64,000 nucleotides of DNA from Armatimonadia bacterium (GTDB lineage Bacteria > Armatimonadota > Zipacnadia > Zipacnadales > JABUFB01). The DNA lies in NCBI GenBank assembly GCA_039679385.1, contig JBDKVB010000017.1, forward strand, positions 5,399 to 69,398, in the 5' to 3' direction. Position numbers and translations under genes: made by a program. The notes under the pieces are model-generated. The model was not told the DNA's origin, ran no database searches, and saw only the letters and a program-made list of their open reading frames with translations. Of this stretch, positions 18,798 through 28,239 are shown in pieces. Numbering within the stretch: the stretch's first letter is position 1; every line of letters begins with the position of its first letter.

Positions 18798-19622
18798 CTA
18801 GTGCATGGTCTGTCCGCCGTCAACGTTTAGTGCCTGACCGGTCACGTAGGAGGACTCATCGCTGGCCAGGTACAGAAGCACTGCGCAGACATCCGCGTAG
18901 GCGCAGCCGCGCTTCATCGGGACCTTGTCGACGTACATGGACCGGACTTCCTCGACCGTCTTGTTCCAGCGCTTCGCGTATTGCTCGTACAGACTGTCCT
19001 GCCACAGCGGCGAATCCAGCAGGTTGCCGGGGCAGATAGAGTTGACGCGGATGCCGTGCTCGGCGAGCTCCAGGGCCAGGCTCTGGGTCAGGCCGATGCC
19101 GCCGAACTTGCTGGCAGCGTAGGCGCTGTTTTTGCTGCTGCCGGTCTTGCCCGACTTGCTGTTGATCTGGATGATGGCGCCGGACTTCTGCGCAATCATC
19201 ATCTTGGCGGCGTGCTTGGCCATGACCATGTAGCCGACCAGATTGACGTCGATGACCTTGCGCCACTTGGCGACCTCGAACTCGGTGATGGGGCCCGAAG
19301 TGAGGATCCCGGCGTTGCTCACGAGAAGGTCGAGGCGGCCGAAGCGCTCGCGGAGCTTGTCGAAGGCGCCCAGCACCTGGGCTTCGTCGGTGATGTCGCA
19401 GCCGAGGCCGAAGGCCTGCACTCCGTACTTGTCGGTCAGCAGGCGTGCGACTTCCTCGACACCGACGGCGTTGACGTCAGTGAGCATGAGGTTGCAGCCG
19501 TGGGAGGCCAGGCAGGCTGCGATGGCCTCGCCCAGGCCCTGCGCGGACCCGGTGACGATGGCGTACTTACCCGACAGACGCGGCGCCGGGTTGGGTTGTG
19601 GATAGGTGTCAGGTGTTGCCAT
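18798..19622 (-). CDS. srlD: Sorbitol-6-phosphate 2-dehydrogenase (SDR)
   Basis: TGSAQGLG plus the SrlD-diagnostic segments QINSKSGK.GS..NSAYAASKFGGIGLTQSLALELAE, GNLLDSP and YVDKVPMKRGC. Confidence 0.85.
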   Translation of the reverse strand: MATPDTYPQPNPAPRLSGKYAIVTGSAQGLGEAIAACLASHGCNLMLTDVNAVGVEEVARLLTDKYGVQAFGLGCDITDEAQVLGAFDKLRERFGRLDLLVSNAGILTSGPITEFEVAKWRKVIDVNLVGYMVMAKHAAKMMIAQKSGAIIQINSKSGKTGSSKNSAYAASKFGGIGLTQSLALELAEHGIRVNSICPGNLLDSPLWQDSLYEQYAKRWNKTVEEVRSMYVDKVPMKRGCAYADVCAVLLYLASDESSYVTGQALNVDGGQTMH

Positions 19623-19721
19623 GGGTCAGGACCTCTCGGTTCGGTATGACGCTCTGCGTCAGGGTGGTTCGTCAGGCGAAGGTCGGGCCGACGGATCAGC
19701 CGGTCGACCCGACCTCGGTCC

Positions 19722-21458
19722 TCACGGAAGGAAGTGCTCGATGAGCGCCTGCTCGGCTTCCTTGGTCCAGGCACCCTCGGGGCTCAGCTTGGCCGCGACC
19801 TCGGGAAGGGAGTCCTTCAGGTCTTCGAGCGGGGTCAGAGGCAGGTCCTTGATCTGCGGGTAGATGACGACCTTGCCCGTGAAGCGGGCTGCCTTGACAC
19901 CTGCGAGGCCCTCATGCGCCGCGGGCAGGCCACCAACGGCAGCCACGGAGCGGTTCGGAGAGAGCTCGCCCTCCTCGGCCATGTGGAGGACCTTGCGCAG
20001 GTCGTCGATGGAGGAGCCGCTGCTGCCGGTGTAGCGGACCTTGCGCAGCGCAACGTCGCTGACATCGAGGTTTGCCATGGTCCCGCGTGCCACGCCGGCG
20101 AAGATATTGAGCCATCCGCCGTCGGCAACGTAGTCCGCGCCCTGAGAGACGAGCACCGGAGCCGGAACCAAGACGACGACGTCATCGAAGCCCTCCGGGG
20201 CGATTTCCCGGAGCTTGGCGTCAAACTCCTCCGGGGTCATCTCTTTGGGGTTCAGGCAGAGGAGCTGCTTGCCCTTCGCCTTGGCCGCTGCGCCGAAGCG
20301 CTCCGGCAAGGTTGCGAGGCGCTCGCCGTCGATGTCGCTGGCGACGACCACGGAGGGGCCATCGGAGGTCTCGACGGCCAACTGCACGTGCATCTGCCCC
20401 ATCGGACCTGCGCCACCGAGGAACCAGGCTTTGCCGCCGCGCTTGAACTCGGGGCCACGGGTGCTGTAGTAGCCGGCGGAAACGTCGGAGCCGCTGGCGC
20501 CCTGGTAGAAGTGGCCGTCGTAGTGGATGCGGCCCACGTCGATGCTGAGCTTGCGGGCCAGCTTGTTGCGCGTGATGAGGTTGAGCACGCCGTGCTTGCC
20601 CAGCCGTGCCGCAGCCATCTCGACCAGCTCGGGCGACGGGTCGCCGAGGATGAAGATGTCGTCGGCTCCGGCCTCACCGAGAAGGGCCTCGGGATCGAGC
20701 TCGGACAGCGGCTTGGTCTCCTCGACCGTGATGCCCGCCGTGTAGCACAGGCTCTTGAGGTCGCCGGCGACGGAGGCCGGGACATCAGTCAGCAGTACCT
20801 TGGCCGGGAAGACGCTGGCGTACTCGAAGGAGCCGATGCTGTAGCCGGTCTTCTCGCAGCCCGGGGCGCCGATTGCCCAGACGACTCCGCCCTGCTTGAG
20901 GACCTTGCGCGGCCGCACCCGATAGGCGCAGACGACACAGGCCCAGGGCTCGGCCAGGGCGGCCTCAGCATAGCCCGCCTCATCGGCCATCGGGATCAGA
21001 TAGCAGCCATCGTCGCCCTCAAGCAGCTCCGGGCCGAGGATGGTGTACTCCTCAAGCGCGCCCGGAAGCATGTACCCGAAGGCGAGGTTCTTGCCCTTGT
21101 AGTAGGCCTCGGCCTGGACCACGAAGCGTTCGCCGACGTTGTACTTGCCCTTGTAGTTGTCGCCGACTTTGACGATGGTGATGGCCGCCTCATGACCGAT
21201 CACGATGGGGTCGTTCGCCAGATCGCGGCTGTACAGTCGCGGGTGCTCGCCGCCAAGGTTGAGGATCTTGATGTCGGAGAAGCACAGTCCCGCCGCATCG
21301 ACGCGCGCGAGAAGCTGATCGGGACCGACCTCGTAGGTCGGGATCTCGACCGGCTTGCCGCCCTTGCCGAAGGACTCCAGGTCCTTCCCGAAGACCTGCC
21401 ATGCCAACATCCTCGGAGCAATATCACCGGCGCCGGCTTTGTATTCGTCGAAGGTCAT
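19722..21458 (-). CDS. Zinc-binding MDR, L-sorbose-1-phosphate reductase (SorE)-like, elongated (578 aa)
   Basis: GLCFSDIK, GHE and AEPWACV Zn-site motifs; GGAGPMG nucleotide-binding motif; GFDDVVVLVP, LNIFAG and GSSG typical of SorE-like enzymes. Confidence 0.8.
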   Translation of the reverse strand: MTFDEYKAGAGDIAPRMLAWQVFGKDLESFGKGGKPVEIPTYEVGPDQLLARVDAAGLCFSDIKILNLGGEHPRLYSRDLANDPIVIGHEAAITIVKVGDNYKGKYNVGERFVVQAEAYYKGKNLAFGYMLPGALEEYTILGPELLEGDDGCYLIPMADEAGYAEAALAEPWACVVCAYRVRPRKVLKQGGVVWAIGAPGCEKTGYSIGSFEYASVFPAKVLLTDVPASVAGDLKSLCYTAGITVEETKPLSELDPEALLGEAGADDIFILGDPSPELVEMAAARLGKHGVLNLITRNKLARKLSIDVGRIHYDGHFYQGASGSDVSAGYYSTRGPEFKRGGKAWFLGGAGPMGQMHVQLAVETSDGPSVVVASDIDGERLATLPERFGAAAKAKGKQLLCLNPKEMTPEEFDAKLREIAPEGFDDVVVLVPAPVLVSQGADYVADGGWLNIFAGVARGTMANLDVSDVALRKVRYTGSSGSSIDDLRKVLHMAEEGELSPNRSVAAVGGLPAAHEGLAGVKAARFTGKVVIYPQIKDLPLTPLEDLKDSLPEVAAKLSPEGAWTKEAEQALIEHFLP

Positions 21459-21521
21459 GTCACATTTCCTTTCCTACCAGAGAACGCACCCGGGAGGCCG
21501 GTTCGCGGCCCGCGACGCGTT

Positions 21522-22283
21522 CTATCCTCGCTTTTCCAGGATTGCCATGCGGTACTTCTCGTCCGGCCGGGCGAAGATGGCGTCGACCTGCTCCTGCGAG
21601 AAGAAGTTCGGGCCGCCCAGGGCATAGGTGCCGACGAGGATGCGAGCGGTCTTGCAGGCCATGTGGGTCGCGTTCTCGACCTCGGCCGGCGTGCCTCCCA
21701 GGGTAATGAGCCCGTGGTTCTGGACCAGGATGGTCTTCGGGCGCATTCCGTAGCGCTCCACGTAGGCCTCGACCTCGGCCTTCACTTTGCGGGCCAGGGG
21801 CACACCCGGATCGGTGTAGGGGATCCAGACCGGGGCGACACCGCAGCAGACGATCTCGTCCGGGAAGATGCGACCCTCGAAGGCCTTCTGCCCGTCCCGT
21901 GCGCAGGTGATGATGTTGATCGCGGTCGGGTGGGTGTGAGCGACGAAGTTCACGCCCTCCATGCTCAGCATGATGGCATGCAGCAGGGCCTCCACCGAGG
22001 GGCGACGACCCTTGGCGTTGACGGAGGCATCGGCGAAGCCCTTCTTGACTGCGGCGTCGGAGATGTCGGTAGCGTCAAGCAGCTCGAGCACCTTGTTGAA
22101 GCGCACGCGGACAAAGCCTTCGGCGGTGATGGTGCGCAGCTCAGTCCCGGAGGCCTTCACGCAGAAGGTCTCGTCGTCCATCCGAGCGGAAGTGTTGCCC
22201 TCGCCCAGGATTGCGAAGTCATTGGACGGGTCGCCCAGACGGTTGGACATGGCCACCAGATCGGCAAGCACAGCGTCAGACAT
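21522..22283 (-). CDS. Class II aldolase/adducin family protein
   Basis: GEGNTS, VKASG, RPSVE, HTHP and QNHG motifs; AAAGGAG RBS. Confidence 0.9.
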   Translation of the reverse strand: MSDAVLADLVAMSNRLGDPSNDFAILGEGNTSARMDDETFCVKASGTELRTITAEGFVRVRFNKVLELLDATDISDAAVKKGFADASVNAKGRRPSVEALLHAIMLSMEGVNFVAHTHPTAINIITCARDGQKAFEGRIFPDEIVCCGVAPVWIPYTDPGVPLARKVKAEVEAYVERYGMRPKTILVQNHGLITLGGTPAEVENATHMACKTARILVGTYALGGPNFFSQEQVDAIFARPDEKYRMAILEKRG

Positions 22284-22434
22284 GGAATCTCGCCAACTCC
22301 TTTGTTATGCACACGTAACGGATAGTGGAAGGTTCCCCGGACGCTGCCGCTTTCCCTTGTCCAACCAGCCGCAATCGGCCTGCAGGGATCGGGCAAGCCG
22401 GGCAAGCTGCCGAGGGGTCTGCCTGGTCTCGTGA

Positions 22435-23922
22435 CTAGCGTACCGTTACCCGCAACTCCTGGAAGCCGCGCAAGGTGGTGTACTGGGAGTCGGGGACGAT
22501 CTCAGCCCACAACTGGTGCGGCCCACGTTTGGCCTTCCAGGGGACCGAAACGGTGACGATCCCAAAGCCCTCTCTGCGCAGGGTCTCGGCCGGCTCCTTG
22601 CTGCGGGTGTTGAGCCCGTCCGGGTCGACCCACCGAGCTGCGGGCAGCCGCGTGATGAACTGCGGCCCGCCGATCGGTTCGCCACCCTTCGCGGGGTCGC
22701 CGTCCCAGAATCGCACGCGGACCTGCCGAGCGTCCATTCCCCCAACGTTATGAACCGTCGCCTGAAGCCTCACGGTTCCCTGGTCCACCGGCTGGTGGTC
22801 GGAGAGCGTCAGGTCGCCCTCCGAGAAGAAGCCGACCACCGGGCGGACGAAGTAGCGGAAACAGCACTCGTTGGCACGCTTCAGGACCGCGTCGCTGCAG
22901 CGGCCGGTAGTGAAGAACGCCAGGCCGCGCATCTCGGGGCCCTGCATACGCACTCGACGGACCTGTTCCTCGAGCTCCTCCGGGGTCACGTCGCCGAAGT
23001 CGCTGGAGATCGACAGGCCAAGGATGGTCTTCTTGATCACCTGCATCGAGCGGGCAACCTGGACGCGCTGAGTCAGGTAGTCCTCGAAGGAGTGTAGGTC
23101 ATTCCAGGCGCGGAAGTAGTTCTCGTACACCTCACACAGGATGACGTCGGCGCTGTCGCGGAAGAGGTTGCACTCCAGCGGTGTGAGGGAGCCGAACTGC
23201 CAGACGGCCACGAACTGGTCGGGGCGATCGAGCCGGGCCTGCTTGAGGATCTTACCGAACTCCAGGGCCAGGGCCGTCTGCTCCGGATGCTGGTCCCACA
23301 TCCCCAGCTCGTCGATGGCGATGCCGTCCCAGGGCCGGGTGTCAGTGTAGTCTTTGAGGATACGAGGCGCAAGGGCACCCATGTCCAGCCCCGGCGGGAT
23401 GTGCTCCCAGCGGGTGCCGCCGAAGTAGCTCACTCCGTCGGCCCTCTTGAGCGCTACTACGCCACGGGCATGGAGGGCCTCGATCTCGGCGGCTGAAGCG
23501 GTGAGATGATGGGTCATCCACTCCACTTCGGGGCGTGTGGGGCCATACCAGCCGAAGAACACGGGCTGCGCCACCACGGGAAGCAGGAGCCTCGCTACCG
23601 GCTGACCTGCCTCGGTCTGGCGCACGATCACGCGGTAGAGGCCGGGGAGACCAGCGCGCCATTCGACGCTCGGCTCGAAGGGTCGGTTGGGGTCAGGGGC
23701 GACTCGGGTCTTGCCGACGGGGCGCTCTCGACCCTCCTGCTCCACAGAGAAGATGACATCCCCGGAGATGGGCGCGGAGGCTGCGGCGGTCGGACAGGCG
23801 GCCAGGCGGATCACGTCGCCACTGCAGGGCACGCGACTGGAGACCGCGATCTGCAGCGGGATATCGGCCGCGAAGCAGACTGCCATCATCATGGACAGCC
23901 CGGCGGCCAGCAGCCCTCTCAT
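22435..23922 (-). CDS. Secreted hypothetical protein with putative TIM-barrel glycosidase-like core and C-terminal CARDB-like Ig domain
   Basis: Signal peptide. WDGIAIDE, ADVILCEVY and GLAFF strands. ATVHNVGGMDA..VRVRFWDGDP..GG..IG is a CARDB-like motif. Confidence 0.6.
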   Translation of the reverse strand: MRGLLAAGLSMMMAVCFAADIPLQIAVSSRVPCSGDVIRLAACPTAAASAPISGDVIFSVEQEGRERPVGKTRVAPDPNRPFEPSVEWRAGLPGLYRVIVRQTEAGQPVARLLLPVVAQPVFFGWYGPTRPEVEWMTHHLTASAAEIEALHARGVVALKRADGVSYFGGTRWEHIPPGLDMGALAPRILKDYTDTRPWDGIAIDELGMWDQHPEQTALALEFGKILKQARLDRPDQFVAVWQFGSLTPLECNLFRDSADVILCEVYENYFRAWNDLHSFEDYLTQRVQVARSMQVIKKTILGLSISSDFGDVTPEELEEQVRRVRMQGPEMRGLAFFTTGRCSDAVLKRANECCFRYFVRPVVGFFSEGDLTLSDHQPVDQGTVRLQATVHNVGGMDARQVRVRFWDGDPAKGGEPIGGPQFITRLPAARWVDPDGLNTRSKEPAETLRREGFGIVTVSVPWKAKRGPHQLWAEIVPDSQYTTLRGFQELRVTVR

Positions 23923-24006
23923 GGTGTCCGGCCTCCCGGAATCGGGTGGTCTCCAGCAGACTCGGGCATCGCAGCAAGGGCCGTCGATGCCGGTCTCTGG
24001 GGCCTC

Positions 24007-25794
24007 TTAGCGGAAGAACTCCTGCAACTCCTGGACGAACAGCCAGTGCCCGCGGTCGTCCGGGTGGTTGATACCGTTGGTGAGCAGCGTCATGTAGGGC
24101 AGGCCCTCCTGCCACAGGTGTGCCCAGCGTCGCGAGGCATCGGCAAGCCCTACGTTGTTCTCCGCGGCGAACTCCTTGAGGAAACCCACGGCTGCCCGGG
24201 TCTCACCGGTTCGCAGGTCGGTCGTGCCCATCATGTCGGGGCGCGTGAAGTGGGGGGTCAGGATGATGACCTCGCCGCCCTGCGCACGGATCTTGCTCAC
24301 GGCCTCCGTGTAGTTGCGGAAGATCTGGTCGCGGCCCATGCCCATGTCATTGACGAACTCGATGATGACCAGATCGGGCCTTTTGTCGAGCACTTCCTGC
24401 TGGAAGAGCGGAAGCTTGCTCTGGGTGTTCCAACCGCCCGTCCCCGAGTTGATCGAATTGATGCGGGTCTGCGGGTAGCGGTCGCGGAGCCAGGTGGTGA
24501 AGGCTCGCGTGAACATCTTCTCCGGGACGCTGGAGTCGCCACCGCAAGTCACCGAATCACCCCAGAACACCAGGGTGAAGTCGCCGCCGGCTTCCAGCTT
24601 CTCGCGGGTCTTGGCCACAGTGGCGGCCCTTGCCTGGAGTTCGGCCTGACCGGGCTCCGGGAAGGGGATACCGACGGGGTATAGCTCCGCCGCGGTGAGC
24701 TCCGTGCAGTGGTAGGGGAGGTAGAGGTTGCACAGCGCCCGGGCTCCGGCATCCACAGCGGGCGGCTCGGGAATGGACTTGTGCTCAGCGCCAGTGCGGA
24801 GGACGACCTTGCCGTCGGAGCGCACCTCGAGCGTGTCGACGCGCAGGAGGCTGTAGTCATAGTCGGCGTAGACGGTGGTCGTGGCGGTGACTGGGCTCTC
24901 CGGCATCCGGCCGACCTTGCCCCAGAGCTTGTCGGCGCGCCAGTCCGTGCCCTCGGCGAGTCGACGGCCTTCCGGTCCGGCAGCGGCCTTGATCACCAGC
25001 GAGTCGGGTACCAGACAGCCGGCCAGGGTCGTACCCCGGGAGACGCAGCCACGCAGCGACGTGCCCTTACCCCAGCCCTTCGGCGCATCCTCGCTGAGGG
25101 TGAGCGCTTCATCGCGCACCGAGACTGTTCGGGCCGGTGCGAGCTCAAGGACGGTCTCCGCAGCCACCGTCACTGCTACACCATCCACATCGATGGTACC
25201 CGGCGCCACACGGACTTTCATCCCGCCGGCCGGTGTCACGTCCAGGCCCTCGCGCACGTAGGGGTTGATGCGAATCCCGTCCTGCACGGTCAACTCCCCC
25301 ATTTCCCGTTCAAGGGTTACGTTGTCCCAGTAGATCACGCAGCCGCCGAGTCCCGCGCGCTGGCCGGACTGGAAAAGCTGCAGCCGCAAGCGAGGCAGGT
25401 TGAGGTTGCGGTACTCGACCTTGAGCTGCACCCACTTGCCGGTCTCGGTGCTGATGGACTGGGCGACCTGCTGCCAGTCCGTCTGCGAGAAGGCCAGGGC
25501 AGCCTTGTTCAGAGCCTGGCCTTCCGGCACGTAGACCCAGGCGCCGGCGCGGTACGTGGCCCCCGGAGTGGCAGGGAACTCCGCATACCACACCGACAGC
25601 CCGTACTTGTCCTCGACGGTCTCTTTGACCGCCCACTTGCCGTCCTGGGCCAACTCCTGAGAGCGTTCGGCCTTGCCCCAGGTGGTCTGCCAGCTTACGG
25701 GGCCTGGCGTTTCAAAGGAATCCGTGAACATGACCTCGGCCTGCGCGACGACGGCAACCAGCAGCAGCGTCACTGCGACGTAGAGGGTTTTCAT
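24007..25794 (-). CDS. Secreted SGNH/GDSL esterase with N-terminal carbohydrate-binding-like domain
   Basis: Signal peptide MKTLYVAVTLLLVAVVAQA. DSFE...YWDNVTL CBM4/9-like domain. SGNH blocks WGDSVT, SGTGG, EFVND and GINHP. Confidence 0.85.
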   Translation of the reverse strand: MKTLYVAVTLLLVAVVAQAEVMFTDSFETPGPVSWQTTWGKAERSQELAQDGKWAVKETVEDKYGLSVWYAEFPATPGATYRAGAWVYVPEGQALNKAALAFSQTDWQQVAQSISTETGKWVQLKVEYRNLNLPRLRLQLFQSGQRAGLGGCVIYWDNVTLEREMGELTVQDGIRINPYVREGLDVTPAGGMKVRVAPGTIDVDGVAVTVAAETVLELAPARTVSVRDEALTLSEDAPKGWGKGTSLRGCVSRGTTLAGCLVPDSLVIKAAAGPEGRRLAEGTDWRADKLWGKVGRMPESPVTATTTVYADYDYSLLRVDTLEVRSDGKVVLRTGAEHKSIPEPPAVDAGARALCNLYLPYHCTELTAAELYPVGIPFPEPGQAELQARAATVAKTREKLEAGGDFTLVFWGDSVTCGGDSSVPEKMFTRAFTTWLRDRYPQTRINSINSGTGGWNTQSKLPLFQQEVLDKRPDLVIIEFVNDMGMGRDQIFRNYTEAVSKIRAQGGEVIILTPHFTRPDMMGTTDLRTGETRAAVGFLKEFAAENNVGLADASRRWAHLWQEGLPYMTLLTNGINHPDDRGHWLFVQELQEFFR

Positions 25795-25935
25795 ATTCCC
25801 TTATCCCCTGGTAGATTCGGCCCTCAGCCTACCACTTCTCAGGGTGCAAGGGAAGGCGTTAGCGGTCTGGCGCTCACCCACTTTGGCCGCTGGAAGGCCC
25901 AACGGCACCTCACCAGGAAGTGGGTAGCAGCCCGG

Positions 25936-26706
25936 TTAGCCATGCCGCAGAAGCAGCGCTCCCTGGCCCCCTGAGCGCAAGGGAAGGACGCCGTCAATGC
26001 GCACCACCAGGTCGAAGACATCCAACCGCGAAGCGAACTCCACGTCCGTGCCAAGGCCGAGACGAGCGAGGCGCAAGCCGTTCTGCGACTGCGTGAAGCG
26101 CTCCGTCACCCACTCCTGGGTGCCGTCGCCGAAGGCCAGTCGACAGACCTCGGCGCGGTCATTGCCGACGCTGACCGTAGCGCCCTGGTTCTCGCAGGCC
26201 GCCAGGATCGCTCCGGCCGCCACATGGTCTTCGATGGTCAGCAACGCCTCGTCGTCGGCGGAGCCCGCCGTGACGATCACGAGCTCCTGCTTGCCGACGT
26301 TCTCACAGATCGCCAGGACCGTCCGAGCGACTGCGGTAGCGTTGACTGTGCTTGCCAGGAAGGCGGGCAACCCGGCGACACCCACGCAGCAGCGGGAGCA
26401 GTTCGAGGAACTGAAGAGGAGCTTGCTGATATCGCGGTCGGGGGCCTGTTGCAAGGGGCTGTTGCCGAGGTCGAAACCGGGCACCATCGGTCCGCCACGC
26501 TCGCCCACGAGGAGCACACCAGTCTGTCCTTCGCGCTCGGCGAAGGCTTCCTCGACCTCACGCACTACCAGCAGGCGCTGCGTACCATAGTGGAACAGAG
26601 AGGTGACCATAGCGCTGGCACGCAGGGCGTCGACTACCAGGGTGACCGTCCCGCGCTGCCTCGCCAACTCACATCCGGCGAGTCCGTTCTCGACGAAGAC
26701 TTCCAC
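25936..26706 (-). CDS. 2-phosphosulfolactate phosphatase (ComB) family protein
   Basis: GGAGGG RBS and GTG at 26706. VVDALRAS, GERGG, FDLGNSP, NATAVA, IED and DVEFA motifs. Confidence 0.85.
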   Translation of the reverse strand: MEVFVENGLAGCELARQRGTVTLVVDALRASAMVTSLFHYGTQRLLVVREVEEAFAEREGQTGVLLVGERGGPMVPGFDLGNSPLQQAPDRDISKLLFSSSNCSRCCVGVAGLPAFLASTVNATAVARTVLAICENVGKQELVIVTAGSADDEALLTIEDHVAAGAILAACENQGATVSVGNDRAEVCRLAFGDGTQEWVTERFTQSQNGLRLARLGLGTDVEFASRLDVFDLVVRIDGVLPLRSGGQGALLLRHG

Positions 26707-26908
26707 GTCCAGCCCTCCCAGGCGTGTTGCTCTTGGTGCGGTCGGCAGGATGTTGTAAGATGGTCGCTGGTCGTCCCGCCAGACCAAGGCATTGTACCAC
26801 GAAAGACAACCGCGAAGGTGGCTGCAGGGGCTTCCAGACATGCTCGGAAGGTCCCTGGCGGTTGCCTGTGATTCTGCCCGGAGGGCATCCGCCCGAGGTG
26901 ATTGATCT

Positions 26909-27964
26909 GTGAAAGGCGTAATCCTCGCTGCCGGCAAGGGGACGCGCATGCTGCCCCTCACCGAGCGACGCCCCAAGCCGCTCGTACCCGTGCTTGACCG
27001 CCCCATGCTGGAGCACATCGTCACCGGCGCCCGGGATGCCGGCGTGGACCATTTCGCCCTTATCGTCGGGCACCTGGGTGACATGATTCGCGAGTACTTC
27101 GGGGACGGCGGCCGCCTTGGTGTGAGGATCACCTACCTCGTGCAGGAGGAGATGAAGGGGACGGGTGCCGCCGCGCTACTTGCCGAGGAATTCATCGGCG
27201 GCGAGCCCTTCTTCATGTCCTGGGGCGATATCATCGTTCCACCACGGAACTACAAGAAGGTCATCAGCGCCTTTGAGCCGGGCAAGACCGACGCGGTGCT
27301 ATCACTGAACTGGGTGGAGGACCCCTACGAGGGTGCTGCAGTCTACGTGCAGGACGGCTTCGTGGAGAGGATTGAGGAGAAGCCGCCGAAGGGCACTGCC
27401 GCGACGCACTTCAACAACGCCGGGCTCTTCGTCTACACGGCGGATATCCTGGATCGCGTGAAGACGCTCAAGCCCTCGAAGCGCGGCGAGATTGAGCTTC
27501 CGGAGGCCGTGCAGCAGATGGTCCAGGAGGGCAAGCGTATCCGTGCGGTGGAGCTGGAAGGCTACTGGTCGGATGTAGCCCGGCCGAGCGCGGTGATAGC
27601 CCTCAACGAGATGATCATGCAGGACCGCTATGGAGACGCACGAGGCGTGTACTTCGCACCCAGCGCCAAGATCTCCGATGACAGCATCTTCCGTCCGCCG
27701 GTCTATGTGGGTGAGGGGTGCGAGGTCACAGACGCCAAGCTGGGCCCCAATGTGGTGCTGATGGACGGCTGCCGAGTGGAGCCCGGGGCAGAGATCAAGG
27801 ATATTGCGGTGTTCACCGGAGGGCAGGTGGCGAAGGGCGCCAAGGCTCACGATTGCGTGGTCGAGGAGGGCGCCACGGTGCCGGAGGGTGCGAAGATCGC
27901 CGGCGAACGGGCCTTCCCCAAGATCGTGTGCGCAGACGGGACGATTCAGGAAGTGCCCCGTTAG
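26909..27964 (+). CDS. Sugar-1-phosphate nucleotidyltransferase with C-terminal hexapeptide (LbH) repeats
   Basis: ILAAGKGTRMLPLT..RPKPL, GD, EEKP, SKRGEIEL and YWSDV motifs; beta-helix-like C-terminus. Confidence 0.9.
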   Translation: MKGVILAAGKGTRMLPLTERRPKPLVPVLDRPMLEHIVTGARDAGVDHFALIVGHLGDMIREYFGDGGRLGVRITYLVQEEMKGTGAAALLAEEFIGGEPFFMSWGDIIVPPRNYKKVISAFEPGKTDAVLSLNWVEDPYEGAAVYVQDGFVERIEEKPPKGTAATHFNNAGLFVYTADILDRVKTLKPSKRGEIELPEAVQQMVQEGKRIRAVELEGYWSDVARPSAVIALNEMIMQDRYGDARGVYFAPSAKISDDSIFRPPVYVGEGCEVTDAKLGPNVVLMDGCRVEPGAEIKDIAVFTGGQVAKGAKAHDCVVEEGATVPEGAKIAGERAFPKIVCADGTIQEVPR

Positions 27965-28239
27965 CTCGGGCCGTCGCACACAGGGCCCAGACTAGGCAGC
28001 GAGCTCCTCCTCCGCAGCCAAGGCCGCTTGCCTCCGGCCAGAGGGTCTCAGGCGCTCTGCAGCTACCTCGGCACGGGCTGCGGCGGCACAGGCGGATAGT
28101 CCGAGGAGGCCACATACCAGGAAAACGAGAGTCGCTGCAAGGATCATCCTGACCAGCTCCCGTGGGCGTTATGTTCTCTGTATCGGCACGCTCACGGCGT
28201 CGCTTGAGCACCTAATCTGGTCCCGCGCGGGGGATCGGC

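Noticed and set aside
19734-22325. 863-aa plus-strand ORF
   Set aside because: It lies antisense to the SorE-like and aldolase genes and has no motifs; a shadow ORF caused by high-GC codon bias.
26707-27132. N-terminal extension of the ComB-family ORF (similar extensions occur on the SDR, dehydrogenase, ilvD, rnhA and GT2 ORFs)
   Set aside because: The extensions overlap neighbouring genes or leaders and lack family similarity; downstream RBS-supported starts were used instead.
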